A stretch of DNA of 64,000 bases from a virus (Duplodnaviria > Caudoviricetes): the IMG/VR virus record IMGVR_UViG_3300027759_000043, one strand, 5' to 3'. Shown here piece by piece: positions 57,984 through 64,000 of this stretch; positions within the stretch are counted from its first letter, which is position 1, and every line of letters begins with the position of its first letter. The position numbers and the translations under genes were made by a program. The notes beneath the pieces were generated by a model. That model saw only the letters and a list, made by a program, of their open reading frames with translations, had not been told where the DNA came from and ran no database searches.

Positions 57984-58654
57984 CATTCACGTGTGAGTAT
58001 TGTAAGAAAACATTTGCTAGAGAAACAAGCATAGCAGTTCACATGTGTGAGCCCAAGCGCAGACGTCTTAGCAAGGATGAAGCAGGTGTGCGCCTGGGAT
58101 TTCAGGCCTACATCAAGTTTTACGAAACCATGCAAGGCTCGGCAAAAAACAAAACACATGATGACTTTTGTGACTCGCCGTATTACAGAGCATTTGTCAA
58201 GTTTGGAAACTATTGTGTAAACACTCATGTGATTGCCCCGGCAAGATTCATGACATGGTTGTTAAAAGCACAAAAGAAAATTGATCACTGGTGCAGTGAC
58301 AAGATCTATACAGAATATCTCGTAGAATACCTACGTGTGGAAGCAGTGGACGATGCCTTGGCCCGTGCAATTGAACACAGCATGAGATGGGCAGAGGAAA
58401 CAGGCAATCCCGCACATGACTGGATGCGCTATGGCAATACCAATAGTCTATGTTATGCTGTCACAGCAGGACGCATTTCGCCCTGGGTGATCTACAATAG
58501 TGAATCAGGACAAAAGTTCTTGAGTGAACTCTCAACAGAACAAGTGGCCATGGTGTGGCCCTATATCGACTCAGATGCCTGGCAAAAAAAGTTTGCTAAC
58601 TATCCAGCAGATAAAGAGTATGCCAAAGAAATATTGAAACAAGCAGGATGGTAA
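57980..58654 (+). CDS. Hypothetical protein with N-terminal zinc finger
   Basis: FTCEYCKKTFARETSIAVHMC. Confidence 0.75.
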   Translation: MTFTCEYCKKTFARETSIAVHMCEPKRRRLSKDEAGVRLGFQAYIKFYETMQGSAKNKTHDDFCDSPYYRAFVKFGNYCVNTHVIAPARFMTWLLKAQKKIDHWCSDKIYTEYLVEYLRVEAVDDALARAIEHSMRWAEETGNPAHDWMRYGNTNSLCYAVTAGRISPWVIYNSESGQKFLSELSTEQVAMVWPYIDSDAWQKKFANYPADKEYAKEILKQAGW

Positions 58655-58655
58655 C

Positions 58656-59012
58656 ATGATCAAAGCAATTCACACCAGTGGAAAGTACATACAAGTAATA
58701 GGCGGCAGTGCCAGCACCTATGTAAGTGCTCAACCCGGTTCACAGGGTGTTGGTAACTTACGATTCAACACCAGTGCTCAGCGTCTTGAAGTTTATGATG
58801 GTATGACTTGGTTGGAACTAAACATGCCACATACCAGTGTAGGACTCAATGGGGCGGCCGAGGAAGCCATTGATTGGGTACAACAACAAATGGCGGAAGA
58901 AAAAAGGCTTGCGGCGTTAGCAAAAGAACATCCTGCTGTGGCAGATGCACTTGAAGCAGTTGAGCAAGCACAGGAACGAGTACGTATTGTGGCCGCATTG
59001 GTGCAAGAATGA
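58656..59012 (+). CDS. Hypothetical protein
   Basis: 118 aa; GNLRFNTSAQRLEVYDG motif followed by a coiled coil. Confidence 0.7.
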   Translation: MIKAIHTSGKYIQVIGGSASTYVSAQPGSQGVGNLRFNTSAQRLEVYDGMTWLELNMPHTSVGLNGAAEEAIDWVQQQMAEEKRLAALAKEHPAVADALEAVEQAQERVRIVAALVQE

Positions 59013-59569
59013 GCGCAGACATTGATTTAGATTTTGCTGACAGAGAATCAGTGCTGAAACTGATTCGGCATACTCCGGCACGGCAAAGCAATGGTAGGCG
59101 ACACAACTCGGGTGTGTACGTTACTGATATACCAAGAGATCCGTTTAATAACTGTGCGGCTTTGGATTATGAAACTGCTGAACAGCGTGGATACTTCAAA
59201 CTAGACTTCTTGAACATGAGTGTGTATCAGTTGGTTCGTGATCCCTCACACTATGAGGCAATGTTGACTGCAACACCACCTTGGGAACGACTGTGGACTG
59301 ATCGCGAGTGGGCCCGGCAGTTGGTACACGTGGGCAACTATACAGATTTACTAAAAGTAATGAAGCCAGATTCAATACCCAGGATGGCGGCTTTTATATC
59401 TATTATTCGTCCGGGCAAGGCGCATTTACAGACACGTTCATGGGCAGAAGTATTTGCTGGTGTATGGGATGGAGATGATTCACAAGGCTACACATTCAAG
59501 AAGAGTCATAGTATTTCTTATGCGGCTCTAGTGGCTTTGCATATGAATCTGCTTAATCAACCCGCCTAA
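59009..59569 (+). CDS. Minimal DNA polymerase III alpha (DnaE, family C) catalytic-core homolog, 186 aa
   Basis: ADIDLDF, HNSGVYV, GYFKLDFL, IIRPG and GYTFKKSHSISYA appear in DnaE order. Confidence 0.75.
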   Translation: MSADIDLDFADRESVLKLIRHTPARQSNGRRHNSGVYVTDIPRDPFNNCAALDYETAEQRGYFKLDFLNMSVYQLVRDPSHYEAMLTATPPWERLWTDREWARQLVHVGNYTDLLKVMKPDSIPRMAAFISIIRPGKAHLQTRSWAEVFAGVWDGDDSQGYTFKKSHSISYAALVALHMNLLNQPA

Positions 59570-59939
59570 CGAGTGTAATACTCTTTCTTTTGCTCTTCTT
59601 GCGAGCAATGTCGTTTAAACTGCATATTGGGCCATGCAGAATCTCTAGATCTTTGTTGGCAAATGTTCGCAATGTAGGACGGAACGGATCCCATTCTCCA
59701 CGCAGGAATATATTGATGGGTATACTTCTATTGCTTTCCCACCACCAGGTGTTGGCTAAATCTATAAATCTGCGCTTGGCATCCTGGTCTGTAACAGCAC
59801 CAAAGTCGTAGATGGTGGTAATTGCATCATCACGATTTTGTACTATGCCCACATATTCGTTACTGGCATACATGCACAAGGTTATAAACGGATATTTGTC
59901 TGCTAATTTTTGAAATAAGTCACTGCCCATAAGTTTCAT
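59553..59939 (-). CDS. Hypothetical protein (late promoter)
   Basis: TATAAATA on the minus strand at 59946-59953; WWWESNRSIPINIFL. Confidence 0.7.
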   Translation of the reverse strand: MKLMGSDLFQKLADKYPFITLCMYASNEYVGIVQNRDDAITTIYDFGAVTDQDAKRRFIDLANTWWWESNRSIPINIFLRGEWDPFRPTLRTFANKDLEILHGPICSLNDIARKKSKRKSITLVRRVD

Positions 59940-59983
59940 TCGGTTTATTTATACACTAAACTTTTAGGTAAATATTTGGAACT

Positions 59984-61075
59984 ATGTACTCAACCACCGC
60001 CTACATTTATCAACAGATCCAGCGAATTTTATTAATAGACACTGAAGGAGTGGGTGAGGTATTTGTCCGGAGGTGGGAACCAGTGTACGCAAAAAAACTA
60101 ACAATCAACAAGGGCGTGGATAACGTGATCTTGTTTGAATTCATTAATCAAGATCAAAAGCCGGTAAACATTACCGGTAGCAATTTGATATTCAGACTAA
60201 TCAATTTGCAGGGCGATGTGCAATTGCTGGAAAAAGAAATGGTGATATTGAATGCACCATTTGGTCGTGCCAAAGTCACACTTTCGGCAGCAGATACCAC
60301 AGCACTACCTACAGAACCTGCCAGTTACTCAATAGACAGAGCAAGTGGCAATCTAACAGAAGCGGTGTTTGTGGATGCACAAGCACAGGCACGTGCTGAT
60401 GTGGATATTCAAGATAGTGTACTGCCGGAGTTTGTGCCAAGCCATACTGTGACAGTGCCTACCATATATGGTCCCGAAGTGTACATCAATCCTGTGTATG
60501 CTGGCAACTATCCTGACTGGGCTCTGAATCCACCTCCAGTGGGCAACGTACAACCCAACCCCGAACGTTACTCAAGTTTTATCCCCACAACAGGCGCCAG
60601 TTTAACCACATTCCAGTTGACCATGGACCACTACACTGGCAACATCAAAGCACAGGCAGCCGAGACTTATCAAAGTGAATGGTATGATGTCAGCAACATA
60701 TCTTCATACTATAACCGAACAGGTTCGGAATATATCAATGTACTGGGTTATCATCCATTACTGCGTCTTGCACTCAACAGTTATTCAGGCGCAGAAATTG
60801 TAGGGCCTGCCACAGCCAATGCTCAGGCTGCTAATGGAGTGATCACTGGCATCACGGTGACCAATTCAGGTAACGGTTATCTAGCACCTCCCAAAGTCAC
60901 CATCATTGGTCTGGGTGCAGGTGCAGTGGCTGAAGCAGAAATTACAGGTGGCCAAGTCAGCGCCATAAATGTTACTAACGGAGGCCAAGGCTATACTCCC
61001 TCACCAGCGCAGCCAACAGTGCCTGCCGCGGTTGTTATCACAACAGGGGCAGTTGTAGACATAATTTGTAGATGA
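59984..61075 (+). CDS. Putative virion structural protein
   Basis: TAAATA at 59969; C-terminal GVITGITVTNSGNGY..PP.V...GGQGYT motif typical of large-phage structural proteins. Confidence 0.65.
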   Translation: MYSTTAYIYQQIQRILLIDTEGVGEVFVRRWEPVYAKKLTINKGVDNVILFEFINQDQKPVNITGSNLIFRLINLQGDVQLLEKEMVILNAPFGRAKVTLSAADTTALPTEPASYSIDRASGNLTEAVFVDAQAQARADVDIQDSVLPEFVPSHTVTVPTIYGPEVYINPVYAGNYPDWALNPPPVGNVQPNPERYSSFIPTTGASLTTFQLTMDHYTGNIKAQAAETYQSEWYDVSNISSYYNRTGSEYINVLGYHPLLRLALNSYSGAEIVGPATANAQAANGVITGITVTNSGNGYLAPPKVTIIGLGAGAVAEAEITGGQVSAINVTNGGQGYTPSPAQPTVPAAVVITTGAVVDIICR

Positions 61076-61803
61076 CATTCAAAAAAATTGTGGGATTCGG
61101 TGACTCATGGATGTACGGTGATGAGTTACTGGATCCTGTGCTAGTTCAACAACATTCAGATGCACACAGTTGTTGGCACCAAAATGATAACTATCGTAAC
61201 AGTCACAACTTCTTGGGACTGGTAGGCAAACATTACAACGTTCCTGTGGAAAATTTTGGCATAGCCGGCGGATCCATGCAGAGTTCAATTTGGACTTTTC
61301 TTTGGTGGCTAGAGCATGAGCCCAACCTCCAAGATTGTCTAGTACTTGTGGGTCACACTGACTCAGACCGCCTGAGTTTTTACAACCCCAATCACAATCA
61401 CTATGCCAATGACCCGCCCTGGAACAAGTTTATACATTCAACTTGGGTGCAATATGGATCTAGTGTGGTACCAGAAAATTTTAGATCCATGGTCAAACAA
61501 CAATTGGTGCTGACCAATTGCTCAGAATTGGCTAGACTCAATCACATGCAAACTTTATTGTTTTTTGATGGTATAGCATCCAGAAAACACATACCCATGA
61601 TGCAGTTTCACATCATGCCAGCCGACAATCAATTGGATCTGTTAACAGAGATTTGGCCTGGATTTTCAACTACCATGTGGTTCCGTGATCATCCGGGCAA
61701 TCAAAAGCGAGAACTGATCATGCCCGGAGGTCATCCCAATGAAATTGGGCATAAAATGATTGCTGACAAGTTGATTTCTACCATAGATTCTGCTACAATG
61801 TAG
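61072..61803 (+). CDS. SGNH/GDSL hydrolase-like protein
   Basis: VGFGDSW (block I), NFGIAGGS (block II), GGHPNEIGH (block V). Confidence 0.7.
   Translation: MTFKKIVGFGDSWMYGDELLDPVLVQQHSDAHSCWHQNDNYRNSHNFLGLVGKHYNVPVENFGIAGGSMQSSIWTFLWWLEHEPNLQDCLVLVGHTDSDRLSFYNPNHNHYANDPPWNKFIHSTWVQYGSSVVPENFRSMVKQQLVLTNCSELARLNHMQTLLFFDGIASRKHIPMMQFHIMPADNQLDLLTEIWPGFSTTMWFRDHPGNQKRELIMPGGHPNEIGHKMIADKLISTIDSATM
61771..61799 (+). promoter_or_regulatory. Sigma70-type promoter for primase/helicase
   Basis: TTGATT-17 nt-TACAAT with TG extension, inside the 3' end of the SGNH gene. Confidence 0.45.
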
Positions 61804-61805
61804 CA

Positions 61806-62795
61806 ATGCTTGATATACTGCAATATTTGCCTGCAAAACGACGACCCAGTCCACAAGGCTGGTTGAGTTTCAATGCGGTGTGTTGCGCCCATAATGGTAA
61901 TAGTCAGGACAAGCGCGGGCGTGGTGGGATCAAGGTAACTGAACAAGATTGGAGTTATCATTGCTTCAATTGCAGTTACACAGCCAGTTTTGTTCTAGGA
62001 CGCACAGTGGGTTTCAAAGCCCGAAGATTATTGAGTTGGATGGGTGTGCCCGATAACGAGATTGAAATGCTTAATCTTGAAAGTCTGCGGCATCGTAGCA
62101 TACACGGTATACTTGAAGATAGACAACGAGTATTCAATGCACTAAGTGCTATTGAGTTTGAAGAGTCAGATGACTTCCCACCTTTCTCTGAAGTGGTTAC
62201 ACCAGAAGTTCCTTACTATTGGAACTACATTCGTCGACGCGGTGTGCCAGAAGACTTCCCCATCATGACTTCTATCAAGAACGATGGCGTTCATTGGGTT
62301 AGGCCGTTTGTGTTAGTACCGTTCACATATGACAACAAGGTAGTAGGCTGGACTGCTAGATTTTTAGATGACAAACAACCCAAGTACATCAATCACTCAC
62401 AACCCGGTTATGTATTTGGCACAGACTTGCAACATGCTGACTGGCAACATGTGCTGGTGATGGAAGGCATCTTTGATGCACTTTCAATTGGTGGGCTTGC
62501 TGTGATGCACAACACCATCAGTGACAGCCAAGCAAGATTGATTCGCAGTCTTGGACGTGAAGTAACTGTGGTACCTGATCAAGATACAGCAGGTGTGGAG
62601 TTAATTGACCGTGCTGTAGAACTGGGCTGGGCCGTGAGCATACCTGAGTGGCCAGCGGGTTGCAAAGATGTTAATGACGCTGTGATAAAACTAGGCAGAC
62701 TAGGCACCTTGCTAACTATTATGTCAGCAAGAGAAACTAGTAAGATTAAAATAGAAATAAGGAAGAAGCAACTTGTTAAAAGAATACGGACTTGA
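61806..62795 (+). CDS. gp61: DNA primase (T4 gp61-like)
   Basis: Zinc-binding CCAH...YHCFNC, TOPRIM VMEGIFDA, VPDQDTAG, KDVND. Confidence 0.9.
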   Translation: MLDILQYLPAKRRPSPQGWLSFNAVCCAHNGNSQDKRGRGGIKVTEQDWSYHCFNCSYTASFVLGRTVGFKARRLLSWMGVPDNEIEMLNLESLRHRSIHGILEDRQRVFNALSAIEFEESDDFPPFSEVVTPEVPYYWNYIRRRGVPEDFPIMTSIKNDGVHWVRPFVLVPFTYDNKVVGWTARFLDDKQPKYINHSQPGYVFGTDLQHADWQHVLVMEGIFDALSIGGLAVMHNTISDSQARLIRSLGREVTVVPDQDTAGVELIDRAVELGWAVSIPEWPAGCKDVNDAVIKLGRLGTLLTIMSARETSKIKIEIRKKQLVKRIRT

Positions 62796-64000
62796 TGTCC
62801 AAAGACTATTTCTAGAAATGATGTTGGAAGACGCAACAAGTTATGTGCGTGTTCAAAACATCTATAACCCACAGAACTTTGACAAAAGTTTGAGACCTGC
62901 GGCTGAGTTCATCAAAGAACACTCAGACAAACACAAGACCATGCCTGACAGGCAGCAGATTTCAGCGACCACGGGTGTTCGACTTGCACCAGTGCCGGAT
63001 TTGAATGAAGGACACTTTGACTGGTTCATGGGCGAGTTTGAAGCATTTACCCGACGTCAAGAACTTGAACGTGCTATTTTGAAATCGGCGGACTTGCTGG
63101 AAAAGGGCGAATTTGAGCCAGTGGAGAAACTGATCAAAGATGCAGTACAGATATCACTTACTAAAGACATGGGCACGGATTACTTTGCTGATCCCAAGGC
63201 TCGCATTGAGAAATACTTTAACTCGGGCGGCCAAGTAAGCACAGGTTGGCCACAACTGGATAGATTGTTGTACGGCGGATTCAGCCGTGGCGAACTAAAC
63301 ATTTTTGCCGGCGGTTCAGGTTCTGGCAAGAGTCTCGTGATGATGAACATTGCGCTAAACTGGTTGCAACAAGGACTTAGCGGTGTTTATATTACATTAG
63401 AATTGAGTGAAGAACTTACAAGTTTGAGAACTGATGCTATGTTAACAAACATGAGCACCAAAGACATTAGACGTGACATGGACACAACTGAACTTAAGGT
63501 CAAACTAGTAGCCAAGAAGTCCGGTAACTATCAGGTCAAGGGCTTGCCAGCACAGAGCAACATCAATGACATTCGCGCTTACTTGAAAGAGTATCAAATT
63601 CAGACAGGCAAGAAAGTAGACTTTGTGATGATTGACTACTTGGACTTGCTGATGCCAGTCAGTGCCAAAGTCAGTCCCAATGACTTGTTTGTTAAAGACA
63701 AGTATGTGAGTGAAGAATTGCGTAACTTGGCCAAAGAATTAGCAGTACTGATGGTTACTGCATCACAGTTGAATAGATCGGCTGTGGAAGAAGTTGAATT
63801 TGATCACTCGCATATTTCAGGTGGTATATCCAAGATCAATACTGCTGATAACGTGTTTGGTATCTTTACTAGCAGAGCAATGAAAGAGCGTGGCAAGTAT
63901 CAAATACAATGTATGAAGTCGCGCAGTTCAACAGGTGTTGGACAAAAGATTGATCTTGAATACAACATTGAAACCATGCGTATCACAGATGAAGGTGGTG
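62773..64000 (+). CDS. gp41: Replicative DnaB-like helicase (T4 gp41-like), 3'-truncated, absent from ORF track
   Basis: Translated by hand from TTG 62773: MLKEYGLDVQRLFLEMM...IFAGGSGSGKS...ITLELSE...MIDYLDL...TASQLNR...KSR; open to the window end. Confidence 0.9.
   Translation, partial: MLKEYGLDVQRLFLEMMLEDATSYVRVQNIYNPQNFDKSLRPAAEFIKEHSDKHKTMPDRQQISATTGVRLAPVPDLNEGHFDWFMGEFEAFTRRQELERAILKSADLLEKGEFEPVEKLIKDAVQISLTKDMGTDYFADPKARIEKYFNSGGQVSTGWPQLDRLLYGGFSRGELNIFAGGSGSGKSLVMMNIALNWLQQGLSGVYITLELSEELTSLRTDAMLTNMSTKDIRRDMDTTELKVKLVAKKSGNYQVKGLPAQSNINDIRAYLKEYQIQTGKKVDFVMIDYLDLLMPVSAKVSPNDLFVKDKYVSEELRNLAKELAVLMVTASQLNRSAVEEVEFDHSHISGGISKINTADNVFGIFTSRAMKERGKYQIQCMKSRSSTGVGQKIDLEYNIETMRITDEGG

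Noticed and set aside
59009-59569. Mini-DnaE as a frameshifted pseudogene fragment
   Set aside because: Motifs from widely separated parts of DnaE are joined in one clean ORF by internal deletions, with coupled start and stop; flanking frames show no other DnaE remnants.
1-64000. Stop-codon reassignment, as seen in some large phages
   Set aside because: Core genes are full length in the standard code, and TAA, TGA and TAG all occur as genuine stops.

Overview
This window is 64 kb from a large T4-like (contractile-tailed) bacteriophage genome in the standard genetic code, gene-dense and truncated at both ends. In order it holds: three Gly/Thr/Asn-repeat fibre genes; neck, tail-completion, sheath, tube and head-completion genes (gp13/14/15/18/19/4-like); a block of likely head-internal proteins between a possible small terminase and the large terminase; gp32, UvsX and UvsY interleaved with a sulfotransferase-like gene, an SDR and three radical SAM genes; an 11 kb glycosyltransferase/methyltransferase island starting with gmd; a sigma70-type early cassette with an AAA ATPase; UvsW; a gp62-like gene; a 186-aa mini-DnaE; primase; and the start of the gp41 helicase. 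About 20 TAAATA late-promoter motifs and seven -35/-10 promoters are visible. The strongest leads are (i) four paralogous MRAREFxxE...SPxxxFKGYxR proteins with a capsid-targeting-like N-terminus, next to an Ntn hydrolase and a secreted nuclease, (ii) the mini-DnaE, which keeps all three catalytic Asp motifs, and (iii) a late-expressed glycan-building system, possibly acting on the sequon-rich fibres. All product calls come from motif recognition by eye; no searches were run. No tRNA, rRNA, CRISPR array, intron or integrase was recognised.
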